Part shown: positions 12,600 to 25,029 of the stretch, piece after piece
Layout: each line of letters opens with the position of its first letter
Numbering within the stretch: the stretch's first letter is position 1
Assembly: GCF_004010195.1 (NCBI RefSeq)
Contig: NC_057719.1
Span: 73,991,657-74,055,656 of the forward strand
DNA length: 64,000 nt
From: Chiloscyllium plagiosum
Lineage: Eukaryota
Direction: 5' to 3'
Made by a program: the position numbers and the translations under genes
The notes under the pieces: generated by a model
Databases searched by the model: none
Told to the model about the DNA's origin: nothing
The model's input: only the letters and a program-made list of their open reading frames with translations

Positions 12600-13895
12600 A
12601 TGTGGTGGCTGTGGCTCAGTTACTGGCACTCTTGCTTTGAATGAAGAGGTTTCAAGACGTGAATATGAAAATTAATATAGAGTGCTGTGTTATAGAGTCA
12701 GACAGCATGGAAACAGTCCCTTTGGTCCAACCAGTCCATGCTGACCATCGTCCCAAACTAAACTAGTCCCACCTGCCCATGGTTGGCCCATATCCATCCA
12801 AAGCTTTCCTGTTCATGTATTTATTCAAAGGTCTTTTAAAAGTTGTAATTGTACCTGCATCCATCACTTTCTCTGGCAGTTCAATCCACGCATGAGCCAC
12901 TCTTTTTTTTTTAAGAAATGTTACTCCTCATGTACATTTTAAATCTTTCTCCTCTCACCTTTAAAATTGCGCCTTCTCATTTTGAACTCCCCCACCCTAG
13001 GGAAAAGACCCTTGTCATTCACCTTACCTATAAGGTCACCTTTTCAACCTCCAGTGAAAAAGTCCCAGCCTATTCAGTCCGTATTTTTATATCTCAAAAC
13101 CTCCATTCCCTCCAATCTTGCCAAAACCCCTCCAGTTTACCAATATCCGTCCTATAACAGGGCAACAGAACTGAACACAGTATTCTAGACGAGGCCTCAC
13201 CAATGTCCTGTACAATCTCAACATGACATCCAAACTCCTACAATCCAAGATGTAAGCAATGAAGGCTAGCGTGCTAAATGCCGCCTTAACCACCCTGTCT
13301 ACCTGAGACACAACTTTCAAAGAATAATGTACCTGAACGCATAAGTGTCTCTGTTCTGCAACATGACTCAGGGCCCTACCATTACTTGTATAAGTCCTGT
13401 CCTGCACTGTAGGCAGTATTGTCTTTTGATTAGGATGCTAATCCAAGGCCACATTTGTTTGCTTTGGATGTAAAAGATCCCATTGTAGCATTTTGGGCTA
13501 GAGTAGGTGAGGTAAATGAACATACATACAAAAATACAAATTAGGAGTTGGATACGACCATCAAGCCCCACTAGCTTGCTCCACTATTCTGCAAGCTCAT
13601 GGCTAATCTTATTGTGGCCTCAACTCTAATTTCAAAGGACCCCAGGAAAACATTGACTCCCTCATTGTTGACTAATGCGTACTGAGTGCTGGTTAATGTT
13701 TATCGTTCTAAATCTTAAAAGCCAGTTGTCTGTATGATCACTATCACGTTGCTATTTATGGACATTTGCTGTGTGTAAATCGACCGCTGCATTTCCTACG
13801 CTACAAGACCATGCTTCAAAAGTTCATAGTTGGCTTTATAGCATTTCAAAATGCCTGATGGTCATTAAAAGCACTGTATACATTCATGCTGCCTT
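12600..13895 (+). mobile_element. Deu-domain SINE interrupted by two CR1 insertions (12692-13400 and about 13520-13680)
   Basis: Head gtggctcagttactggcactcttgc; resumes ctgcactgt...taaaagatccc at 13402 and ends gctgcatttcctac...cttcaaaag...aaaagcactgtata. Confidence 0.6.
12692..13400 (-). mobile_element. CR1 LINE 3' part
   Basis: ORF 13087-13407: QVDRVVKAAFSTLAFI...MLRLYRTLVRPRLEYCVQF; CR1 tail at the left end. Confidence 0.85.
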
Positions 13896-14063
13896 TACTT
13901 CAGTCTTAGTATTGGGCTTCAGGATCTTTAAATCTTCTCTACCTACTTCTCATGATCGTTGGTCATAGTTTCAATTGATCCCCATTTGCTCAGGGAATCA
14001 CTCCTTACGTTTTGATTGTATTGAATTGGTTAACTTTTCAGTTCCTACCCCAATTTTTATGGG

Positions 14064-14732
14064 TGTTATGGACCAGACTAAGCCCCCTTCAGATATATCA
14101 AGGAGATAGCTTAGACCCTAACTTTTGATCTTATTTAAAGGCAAGAGCTGTGTTCCAGATGTAATTCAATTGGTCACACTACTCTGCGTTCTGCAAAACG
14201 CACTTTTAATTCTTCTTCTACAGTTAATGCTTCTTTCTTTTGTTTGCATTTTGTGACAACAGCTCTCTGTTGGAAAATATAACAGAATAATAGATTATTT
14301 AATTACTAAACAGTAACTGTTCCAATATGGTAACATCCCATAAATACACCCTTGGCAAAGGCAAGTTCAATAAAAATAGATTGTTTCCCATACAATGTTT
14401 TGCCAGTCCAGGAGCAAAGAACATAAAGGGAAAACTCTGGCAGACACAGTGAGAACTCGTGTTTTGCTGTAGCAGGGAGAGACATACCGCAGCTTCAAAC
14501 CCCAAAAACTACTGACAGCCAAACTGAAACCCTGGTTCTGTGGGAGCCTGACTCCACCTATTAATGCTGCTTCTATTGATCCAATATTTTAAAAAAAAAA
14601 AGCCCCCAGGCCTCACAAGTTGTTTACTTTATTGGCTTGAAACAGACCACTTGGTACCTCTGCCTCAAACTCTCCGCATTTTAAATTTTAAAAATGGACA
14701 AAATACGCCTTTAAAACCATAATACCATCACT
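14064..14732. mobile_element. Solo LTR, Gypsy-type
   Basis: Begins TGTTA, ends ..TCAC(T); 4-bp TSD tggg at 14060-63 and 14733-36; homologous to 51121 and 23880 (tgttccaatat.gtaacat). Confidence 0.6.
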
Positions 14733-17700
14733 TGGGGGACTCTCATTGCAGTTCTGAGACGAATGAATGTTTGTGAATTATGGTCTTTATGAACTGCTCA
14801 GCCACCAACTTTCTCATCTAAGAAAGTTGATCACTGTTTGAATTGAATGACTCGTGCAACTAATGTTTCTCTTGGCCGAAGAGCAACTTACACATTTCAC
14901 ACCTATTCAACTCAGTGTCTAATTATTTTTCCCAAGTTAGGTTCCCACAATTCTTCCTTCTTCTCAAAAAAAAATGAAAGCTCTTTTGAGCCTAACCTCA
15001 TAGATAATGTCTGAAGCGTTGCTTAGCAATAGCATGTATAGCTTGTGGCACTGACAATCATTGCTACTTTTGTTGAACATGTCACTTGGACTGTATAACT
15101 GAACAGGTTGAAACTGTTATCTCTTGCAGATCGTTATTCCTGCTCTAAACCTTCCTTAAGGCTTTAGAATTTGCTTCTCTTAAATAAACCTAACAAAATA
15201 TTCTTTGCACTAAGAATGATCTTTTTGAGAAGCATTGAGCATCTAAAATAGTAAACCACCTACAATGGTTGACCAGTGAAAAACAGGCTAGTTCTTCTTT
15301 ATAATGTTGTTTTTAATGCTCAATGGTGCAATGATGTTGAATTCTGAAGTAAATTTGTCAGTTTTATGCCAAAGAAAATATTTGTGTCTTTTGAATGTAG
15401 AAAGCGCCACAAGTGACTGTCTTCTGTTTACTTTCCCAACACTCCACCCACACATTGGCAGCTGCTGAGCCATTTTATCTCCTGCCTGGCCTAAAAAGCT
15501 TATTTGTATATTTGTGAGAGTAATTTTGAATAGGGTACTGTGCAGACACTGAGCTGTAGCCAGAAGTTTACAAAAGTTCAGCTCCTTTCAGCCATACTGA
15601 GCGCTCTTGTCGAGGCAAATGTTGGAACAGTTTTTTTTATATTCAGGACACAATTCTATGTGATTCTTGTTTCTGTTTGCTGCTCATCTCGTAGACACAA
15701 AGTAGTCTTCAGGAGGCAATTCATACCACCTTTCTATGGCAGCCTTTCCATGATTGACAGTCTCCTTTATTACAGCAGTGCAGAAGGATGACTGAATGAG
15801 GAGTGATTCACCTCATTCTGATCAGGAATGTTGTGCAGTCTTTTCAATCTTGCAAGTTAAGAATAGTTACCTTATAATTCCTGCACATACGCAATGCGCT
15901 TTCTCCACCGGTACTGTGCAAACATTCTTGTAAGCAAAGGTATATCCACAACAGCAATAGCTTCAGCACAGTGCATATCATCAATGCTGTTGTTAGCAGC
16001 AAAATAAATTGCTTATTCTGCTCATGCCTTTCACTGCTTAGCAGGAGTTTTGGCAATACGGTTTATGTTGCAATTATCTACTCTCCTCAATTCCACGCCC
16101 CCCCCCCCGCCAATCAATCTCAGCCCAAAGTAAGGGAACGTGACACGCAGAAAAAGCAATATGAATAGAAAATGTTCAATTTTAATGCAAGTAAATTTAC
16201 TTTTCAGTTACTTAGCCTAAAGCTACTAGCACAACGTGGAAGCCACTGCTCGCTCTCCAACAATGAAGACATCACCATAAATTTTCCCACTGACAGTGCA
16301 AACCCTTAGAAAATTATGTAAAAAAGAGTTTAAATAACTTTTTCTTTGTCATGTTAAACGTAACAATTTTACAATTCACAATTGTCATTAATGATCATGT
16401 GTTCTTTGCAATGCTGGATAGTTCACAGTACAATATTTATATTCAATAATAGCTAAAGGTGCATACTTGAAAAGTTGTTGCAGACTTGATGAGCATTCAG
16501 TGGTGCTATTTCAATGTGGCATTGAAGTTCCCACAGGGAGCGAGAGTTGCTTTGGCAGCATGAACTTTTACATGCATGTTGTAATCTGGGGCTAATATGA
16601 CAGAAGCTACAGTATTCTTTCAGTTGCATGGTTGATCAGGAATCTCGCCCACTAATCCTGCTTTCATTGTGTGTTGAAAGGATTTACAAGTTGTTCATTA
16701 GCCTGTTTATCCACAATATGCATCTACCTTCCTCAGTCATTAAGGCTTGGCAAGAGACTTGAACCCTGAGCTTCTGGCTCAAAGGGGTGCTACCAACTTC
16801 CCAGAAGGACCAAATGGAAATGTATTACATACAACTTTATTCTTTTAGGTTTTTATTTGATGTTTCTCATTGGGTTGCCAGTTTCTTTCCTGTAATCGAA
16901 TCCCTGCTTCTTTTAATGATCACAAACTAAGGTGTAACCTTTTTACTAGTGAAATTAAATCAAAGCCACTTCCAATTGTGCATGATTAAAAAGTGATTGC
17001 TTCAAATACAAGTCAGTGCAGGGCAAAATGGAGCAAGAAATGACAAGGTTAAGAAACCACAGAGATCTATTACTGTGGTCTGGTGTGGTGTGATGTGGCT
17101 TTATAATTGTTGTATTTCTGAAATCCAGAATACAAGTTTGTGCCTGTATCCACCATGTGGTCTCTGCTTGGCTGTTGAGATCTGTTTGTTTGCAGCCTCA
17201 AAGAGGGACTGGCAGAATAGGAGGACCCGGGATTGTTTCGTTTTCCAAAACCCAGTTATCGAGCAGTAAAAGGAGAGCCTTTGGAATGAATTGCAGAATT
17301 TCTGAACATGTGTAAGGTGTCAGTTGACCATAATCATATCTCTGCAAAGAAATTTGATTTTGTTTGAGGTGGTCTATGTTCTTTTTATCTAAAAGAAAAG
17401 TAGTATATTTTAAAAGCTACGGTCTTTCAGCACTTGACAATGTTTGCCAACTGGAGGCACGATAATATTTTGCATTTACAGGGAATCCTTTAGGTAGGAA
17501 CTTGTAAATTAATCAGTTCTTTTGAGTGTCATGAATTGTCAGGATTTTGCACAAAATAATTTTGGTAAATGTTTGAAGACCATGTTGCTAGCGAAATTTA
17601 CCCCTCGTTTTCTCTCCTCATGTTCCAAATGCCCACCATTTGTCAAAAAAGCAAAAATTTAGCTAGCAATTTCCTGTACAGAAAGTCTACTCTCAAACTG

Positions 17701-18069
17701 CTTCCAATAACTGATTAAAGTACAAACCATACAAAGGCAATGTGCCCTTCCTGAAGCAGTTCTTCAGCATTGGCTCACAGCCCTGTTGCTTTAGAAAGTA
17801 GCTCGTTTATATTGCAGGGCTCTTTCTACAGCAGCTGGTTTGACTTTAAAACAATGGGTGTGTGTGCGCCGAAGCAACTGTAGAGGCCACAGAGCACCAC
17901 GTGTGGCACCACGAAATTGGCATCGTCAGACCAAGTAACCAACTGCAGGGATTCAGCCAAAAGTGCTCCTATTCCGTGATAGTCCATTCTGAGTACCTTA
18001 GGTGTTGGGTATTGGGAAAGGTGGCAGAGGTCCCCACTGCATTGTCCCTGATCGCAAATTCTTGATTTT

Positions 18070-19215
18070 TTTTATTTGGAAAAAGGAATTCTTTCATGGA
18101 TATGAGCATAACTGCTAAGGCCAAAATTTAGGACAGGCAACAAATAGCCATGCAGCTGAGGAGCTGGCACAGCCAGGGAAACCAGACAAGGACAGTGGTC
18201 ACAGGCCTCCAGTCTGAAAAACAATCCTCCACCACCACCACCACCCTCTGTCTTCTACCTTTTGAGCCAGTTCTGTATCCAAATGGCTAGTTCTCCCTGT
18301 ATTCCGTGAGATCTAACCTTGCTAATCAGTCTCCCATGGGGAACCTTGTCGAACGCCTTACTGAAGTCCATATCGATCACATGTACTGCTGTGTCCTCAT
18401 CAATCTTCTTTGTTACTTCTTCAAAAAGCTCCATCAAGTTTTGGAGACATGATTTCCCACGCACAAAGCCATGTTGACTATCCCGAATCAGTTCTTGCCT
18501 TTCCAAATACATGTACATCCTGTCCCTCAGGATTCCCTCCAACAACTTGCCCACCACCAAGGTTAGGCTCACTGGTCTATAGTTGCCTGGCTTGTCCTTA
18601 CCACCCTTCTTAAACAGTGGCACCACGTTTGCCAACCCCCAGTCTTCCGGCACCTCACCTGTGACTATCAATGATACAAATATCTCAGCAAGAGGCCCAG
18701 CAAACACTTCTCTAGCTTCCCACAGAGTTCTCGGGTACACCTGATCAGGTCCTGGGGATTTATCCACCTTTAACCGTTTCAAGACATCCAGCACTTCCTC
18801 CTCTGTAATCACGCAGAGGGTGGTACGTGTATGGAATGAGCTGCCAGAGGATGTGGTGGAGGCTGGTACAGTTGCAACATTTAAAGGCATTTGGATGGGT
18901 ATATGAATAGGAAGGGTTTGGAGGGATATGGGCCGGGTGCTGGCAGGTGGGACTAGATTGGGTTGGGATATCTGGTCGGCGTGGACGGGTTGGACCGAAG
19001 GCTCTGTTTCCATGCTGTACATCTCTATGACTCTATGACAGCAGATTTTCTTCCCTAAAGAGCATTTAATGCACCAGACGGTGATGACAAGCTTTCAATT
19101 TCCGGTTTTTTAACTGAATTGAAATTTTGCTGTCATGGGGTTTGAAGCCTTATTCCTAGTTTAGCCTTGGTCTGTGGGCTGCTAATCCAGTGACTTTCTC
19201 AGAATGGCCCTTGTC
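18070..19215 (-). mobile_element. tRNA-derived SINE split by a CR1 insertion
   Basis: accagacaaggacag|...|gacagcagattttcttccctaaag reconstructs the antisense SINE body seen at 32372-32430. Confidence 0.55.
18196..19036. mobile_element. Young CR1 insertion with 5' inversion (minus-strand RT segment 18196-18810 joined to plus-strand 3' end 18811-19036)
   Basis: Minus strand: KSPGPD...NYRPVSLT...QHGF...DFSKAFDKVPH. Plus strand: TQRVVRVWNELPED and ctctatgactctat tail. gacag is duplicated at 18191-95 and 19037-41. Confidence 0.85.
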
Positions 19216-19399
19216 ATGTTTTTGGACGTAACGGACATAGAGCCAGCATTGTGGTGAGGCAGCGATGCACTTCCATCTCCGTGACCTCTGTCACCTCTCA
19301 ATGACTGTACTCGCAAAACCCAACTGAGAGATTTGTCCTCTGGTCCGTACTGACTTCAAGGATCTCAACATCACAGCAACCAAAGGGCTCAACCGCAAC

Positions 19400-19715
19400 A
19401 ACCACAGCCATCTTTCCAACCAGCGCTCAGTTTGCCCCCTGATATCCATTGACTCCTGCTTTCCTAGAGCTCCTTGATGCCACCTTCTGTCAAATGTGGT
19501 TTTGCTGTCGAGAGCAGTCATTCTCCCAATTTCTCTGCAATTCAGCTCTTTTATTTTCCCCCATCTTTGAACTAAGACAGAAATGAGATCAGGAGCTGAG
19601 TGGCCCTGACAGCATCCAAATTGCGCATCAGTGAGTAGGTTGTTGCTGTGCAAGTGCTGTTGGATAGCACTGTTGATAACACCTTCCATCACTTTTACTA
19701 ATTCATGACCTAACT
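19400..19715 (-). mobile_element. CR1-clade LINE RT fragment
   Basis: KVMEGVINSAIQQHLHSNNLLTDAQFG...ALDSKTTFDRRWHQGAL. Confidence 0.75.
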
Positions 19716-20469
19716 GTACTTGAGCCATCGAAAGGAGTCAAGAAAGCTAAATGTCTTTGCCTGCACTTGAAATAGTCATTGAATACCCATGGAGGAGAAT
19801 GACCCCTCTAATTTTCTCCTGTGAAAACTATCTTACTACATCACAAGTGTACAAAAGTTAACAGTGTAAGAATGACCATTGAAAAACAATCCATCTATTT
19901 GTTAAGAATTCAGGTTGTACAACAGGCAAGAGACAGACTGGTGATCCATAGGCATCAGTCAGAAGAATGCAATACTTTTGGAATGTTTTTTCATTTTCAC
20001 TGTTGCTGTCCAAGGTTGCTTTGAGACAACCTTCTCCATGTTGCATTTTTGTGGAACCATTGGCTTTTTTAAACAAAAGCTTCTGCTGTAAACGTTTTGG
20101 CCCATGATATGACATGAACTGGGGATCTCAGAAGTGAGCATGCAAGCCTTTTTTTTTTGCAAAATTCCATCACTGCTTTCCGCTGCATTAATTGGAACAA
20201 GTTTATGTACCGGGATGCCGAAGCAGCTCTTTTGTGGCTGACTTGGAATCTATCCGACTGTTTATAAAATTTTCATTTGAGTTTCTTGGCTGCAGAGTAA
20301 AGTTTCTCCAGACAGCTTTCTCCCCCACCCCCCAATTATATGCCTAGAGCAGAGATATTTTTCTTTAAATTTCCAAACACTGGGTCTTCTGGAATATGGA
20401 AATTTGACTGAGAAAGACAGACTTCACACAGGTCCTTCTGGAAGTGCTTGACATAAAATGAATTCACAA

Positions 20470-20752
20470 TCTTTGAGAGAACACAGTTTTAAAGGAGTAC
20501 TGTTTTCACAAAAAAGAACACAGTTTTAAAGGAGTACTGTTTTCACAAAAAAAACTTCTTGACAAGTTTTCTTAAGGGAGGCAAAGAAAGCGCCCTACAT
20601 GTGAGCTGTTGAGCAATTCGCTCAATTACTCTTTGAGAGAACACAGTTTTAAAGGAGTACTGTTTTCACAAAAAAACTTCTTGACAAGTTTTCTTAAGGG
20701 AGGCAAAGAAAGCGCCCTACATGTGAGCTGTTGAGCAATTCGCTCAATTACT
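20470..20752. repeat. Nested tandem duplication (~122-bp unit twice, first copy with an internal 37-bp duplication)
   Basis: gaacacagttttaaaggagtactgttttcacaaaaaa at 20479, 20516 and 20639; the cttcttgac...ctcaattact block occurs twice; copies are identical except in the A-run. Confidence 0.9.
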
Positions 20753-21589
20753 GAGCAATATATTTGCAAACAAATTTGTTTGGGTATTCTGTTAGTTTGA
20801 GAAAACATCAGGTAACCTCTACACATGTAAAATCTCATTTGTTCTTCTTCGTTACTGCAGATTACCGTATATCACTTCCCTGATTTGACTATGGGTTTCT
20901 TAGCTAAGTTTTATCGCAGTTCTCAGACAGTGCCTGATTTACAAGGTCACTCATCCAAGTTCAAACCTATGCACTATTTTAAGAAACCAAACTAAGTTGA
21001 CATGTCAACCTACAGCAAAACTAAAGAGCTTCATTTCTACAGATAACTGGTAAGATTTGGCCATATATTCCTGAGCTTATTCACTGAATCATTTATTCAA
21101 ATGTCCTATTCATGTAATGTTAATATTGAAGATGAAAGAAGCACTCTGTTTAAAATTGAGGACAAGATCAACAGTGCATCATTCAGAATCTTTGAAGGTT
21201 ATGAAACTCTAAGGAAGTAACACTTCAAATAGAGCTTTTCTTACATCTAAATTCGCTCATTAGTCAACTCGAGCTTGACTGAGAGTAGGTAGAACATCAC
21301 AGACCTACACAGAATCCCATGTGGGTCAAGTTTCATGTGCTAAGTTTAAACCTGCACATGACCTTCCATTATCAGTATCTGTCTGAGACAGACACCTTCT
21401 GTAAATGGATGGGAAGCTCCAGGTTTTCCATTGGCTGCAGAGTAATGATAATTCCTGTCTGCCACAGGCTGCTTCCGGGTGGATGGGCTGCTCAGCAGTA
21501 TGCGGTGAGCAGACTCAATTGCCATCTGACAATTGATTTTAATAGGTCATTCAGCTATCTGTACACCTGATCCCATAGATGGGAGAATG

Positions 21590-22975
21590 GAACAAGAAGG
21601 TGGGAATTGTGGGAGGGTTTAGAATTAAGCCAATTGACACATTGAGTCTGCTCTGCCATTCAACCATGGCTGATATGTTTCTCACCTCCATTTTCCTGCC
21701 TTCTCCCCGTAACCCCTTACTAATCCAGAACCAACTATCTGTCTTAGATACACTCAACGACTTGGCCTCCATAGCCCACTGCAGCAATGTGTTCCACAGA
21801 TTAACTACCCCCGGCTCAAGAAATTCATCCTCATCTCTATTCTAAAGGGTAATTTCATTCTGAAGCTGTGCCCTCATGCCATAGTCTCTTCTCCTCCTAA
21901 TGGAAGCATCTTCTCCATGCCCACACCTTCCAGGCCTATCAGTATTCTATAAGATACCCCCCACCCCATCCTTCTAAACTTCGCTTATAGACCCAGAGAT
22001 CTCAACCACTCCTCATGACAAGCCTTTCATCATAGAATCCCTACAATGTGGAAACAGGCCCTACAAGTCCACACTAACACTCCAAAGAGAATCCCAGCTA
22101 GACCTTTCCCTTACCCTATTACTCAAAATTTATCTTTGACTCATGCACCTGATTTACACATCCCTGAACACTAGGGAGAATTTGACATGGCCAATTCACC
22201 TAACCTGCACATCTTTAGATTGTGGGAGGAATTGTGGAGCATCCAGAGGAATCCCACGCAGACACGGGGAGAATGTGCAAACTCCACACACAGTCACTTG
22301 AGGCTGGAATTGAACCCGGGTCCCTGGCATTGTAAGGCAGCAGTGCTAACCACTGAGCCACCGTACCACCCCACCAATCCTTGGGATTATTTTTGTAAAC
22401 CTTCACTGGACCCCTTCCAAGGCCAGCACATCATTCCTTAGATGCAGGGTTCAAAACTGCTCACAATATGCCAAATACAGTTTGACCAGAGCCTTATACA
22501 CGGTCAGCTGTGCATCTCTGCTCTTGTAATCCAGCCCTCTCGAAATGAATGCTAACATTGCATTTGCCTTCCTAAAGGCCATCTGTAGTGTGAACCTTGA
22601 GAGTCCTGAATTAGGGCTCTCCAAGTCCCTTTGTCCTTCAGGTTTCCAAAGCCTTTACCTGTTTAGAAAACAATCTACAACTTTTATTCTTCCTACCAAA
22701 CTGCATAACCTCACACATTACATGCCATATGCCACTTTATTGCCTAGTCTGTTTGCCTGTCCAAGCCCACCCATCCCCATTTCCTAAACATTGCCTGTCC
22801 CTTCAGCCATCTTTCTATTATCTGCAAATTTAACAACAATTCCTCCTGTTCCATGTTGTTCCAGAATGTTGATGTATAACATGGACCCCTGCAGGACTTC
22901 ACTAGTCACCAGCTGCCAGCCTGAAAAAGACCCCTTTCTCCCCACACTCTGTCAGTCAGCCAATCCTCTGCCCAT
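21590..22975 (-). mobile_element. CR1 LINE (diverged) with nested V-SINE
   Basis: Antisense LYKALVKLYLAYCEQF and LVTSEVLQGS motifs; a second copy of its 5' segment lies at about 23385-23460. Confidence 0.7.
22030..22373 (-). mobile_element. HE1/V-SINE-like tRNA-derived SINE
   Basis: Reverse complement ggtacggtggctcagtggttagcactgctgcc...gggttcaattcc (A/B boxes) followed by gtgtggagtttgcacattctccccgtgtctgcgtgg. Confidence 0.85.
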
Positions 22976-23879
22976 GGTGACAGAAAGCTGGGAATCAGCT
23001 AATGGTGTGAATCTTTGTCCCCAGCTGCCTCCTATTTGCTCATATGTGGGAGGTTGTGAAAATTCAGACCCAGGTTTTAGCAGCGAATGCAGTATGAGCT
23101 GGTTATCAGCCTGTGAATAGAACTGCAGTGATTAGTAAAGTCCTCACACTTCTATTTTACATGCAAGTTGTATTACAATCATTTTATCCCAGCTCTTAGG
23201 AATCTTGCCAGATAAAAGGAGGTGAGAAGGGGTGGATCCAGGTTGTATTGTAAGTGCACTGGTAGAAATACCAGGAAAGATAGGACTACATGCCTTCTCA
23301 ACCATGCCCCACCAAGCCTAACCTAACCTAACCACACCACAGTTAACTTAATCTATGTTAGTACCCGACCAATCATATAGTTGTGGTCCCAACATAGACC
23401 CCTGCAAAGCTTCACTAGTCACCAGTTGCCATCCTCAAAAACTTCAATTTCTCCCACCTTTCCATCTTGAATATTAGCTTCAAGTGCCAACTATATACTC
23501 CCTGGTTTATTTTCCTTCATGTTAGAAGCTGCCCTGTCAACACATTGCCTACTGGGCAAAAATTCCAATCCAGAGGGGAGCCACACACTCACCATCCTGC
23601 TGCCTTTGTGGCTTCAGATTGGTATTGGAGCCTGAGCATTTGTGCATGTTTTACAATACCACCTTGGGGTTCAAAACTGGATTTCATTGCAGTTTTGCTT
23701 TAAACCATTGACGTTCCTTTATTATGTGTGATTACAGTTTACAGTATCTTGAGCTCTGTTGTCCAATTTAAAAATTAGTATTTAAGCAACTTTCTTAATT
23801 TGATTCCTTTTAAATGAGTCTGCATGTTACAAGAATTCCTACATTTGTTTGTAGCTCTACGGAATAACAATTTGCTCCT

Positions 23880-24242
23880 TCTTGTTACACTCAATTGGTA
23901 CTTAAGTTTTCCAGGAGAGCTGTTATCCTAACAGAACAATAGATATGGTAACTATTGGGAATTAAATGTTCCAATATAGTAACATCCCATTAACACGCCC
24001 ATTGACAAATAAGGCAAATTCGGAAAACAGAATTTCTCACATGTAACGCCTGCGGTAGAAAGACAAGCCCTAGCTTTTAGCTGGTACCAGTTTCCACTTC
24101 AAGATCACAACAGCTTCCGCTGAATCTAAACGCTTAAAAAGAAAAGCTAGGGATCCTGGTCCACATCCATCCAGGCTGCTGCTTCCACCTTCTCAAAAAA
24201 ATTAAGATGCAAAGCACATCTTAAAGCCACAGCATTGTCCCA
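23880..24242. mobile_element. Partial solo LTR related to 14064 and 51121
   Basis: tgttccaatatagtaacatcccat...aaggcaaattc...cttaaagccacagcattgtccca resembles the 14064 copy. Confidence 0.5.
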
Positions 24243-24259
24243 ATCTGCTGTTGTTGCTG

Positions 24260-24660
24260 TTGTTCAAAGTGGTCATGGGTTTGAAAGGTGCTGTCAATGG
24301 AGCCTTTGGAGTTGCTGTGGTTAGTCTGGTAGATAATGCACCTTGCTGCCACTGTGCATCAATGTGGAGGAAGTGAATGTTGAAGGTGGCAGTTACTGTG
24401 TTGAATTGGAGACTTCTTTTGGCCTGGATCGTGCCAAGATTTTTGCATTGGTGAAGCTGCACTCATCCACACACATGGAGAGTATTATATCGCACCCCTG
24501 ACTTGTGCCTTCTGGACAGGCTTTGGGAAGTCAGGAGGTTCGTTGCTCACCACAGAATTCCTTGCCTTTGATCTCTTGCAGCCACAAAAGTTGTGGCTGG
24601 TGCGGTTCAGTTCATGGTTAACATAGCTGCCTTCCCCCTCCTGACCCCAGGATAATGGGA
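24260..24660 (-). mobile_element. CR1-clade LINE fragment
   Basis: Antisense of KAQVRG-I-YS...LGTIQAK; same family as 4700. Confidence 0.6.
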
Positions 24661-25029
24661 GGAAATTCAGTGAAGAAAATACAATTGAACATTAAGATAC
24701 AGGTTTTAAATAGCTGCTTTATGTCATTGGGAAAGGCGTTTATGGTTACAAAATACAGTTTTGCTCTGAAAAGAACAGTTGTTACCATTTTAAAATAGTA
24801 TAATTGCACCTGGTTTGAATGTTAATTTGTTCTGGTCAGCTTTATTGCTCTCACCATGAAAACCTGCACACAGCTTTTACTTAGATTAGTCTTCACTTCT
24901 GAGTTAGCTGGGTGCAGGTATTACACATGGACTTCTAAGTATTGAAGTGAATGAGCTTCTAGCCCTAAATAAAATAGAAGTTTTCTCAATCCATTTATTC
25001 ACTTGTCCTAAAGGCACTCAGTGAAGGAA

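Noticed and set aside
18255..19022. 255-aa ORF with RT motifs as a gene
   Set aside because: It is a chimera of antisense CR1 3' UTR and a partial RT produced by the inversion, and it lacks the catalytic YADD/FADD region.
20470..20752. 37-bp direct repeats as a CRISPR array
   Set aside because: The sequences between repeats are duplicated rather than unique, there are no cas genes, and the context is vertebrate.
23318..23333. (CCTAA)3 telomere-like repeat
   Set aside because: Only three units and not the vertebrate TTAGGG repeat; compatible with chance or a microsatellite.
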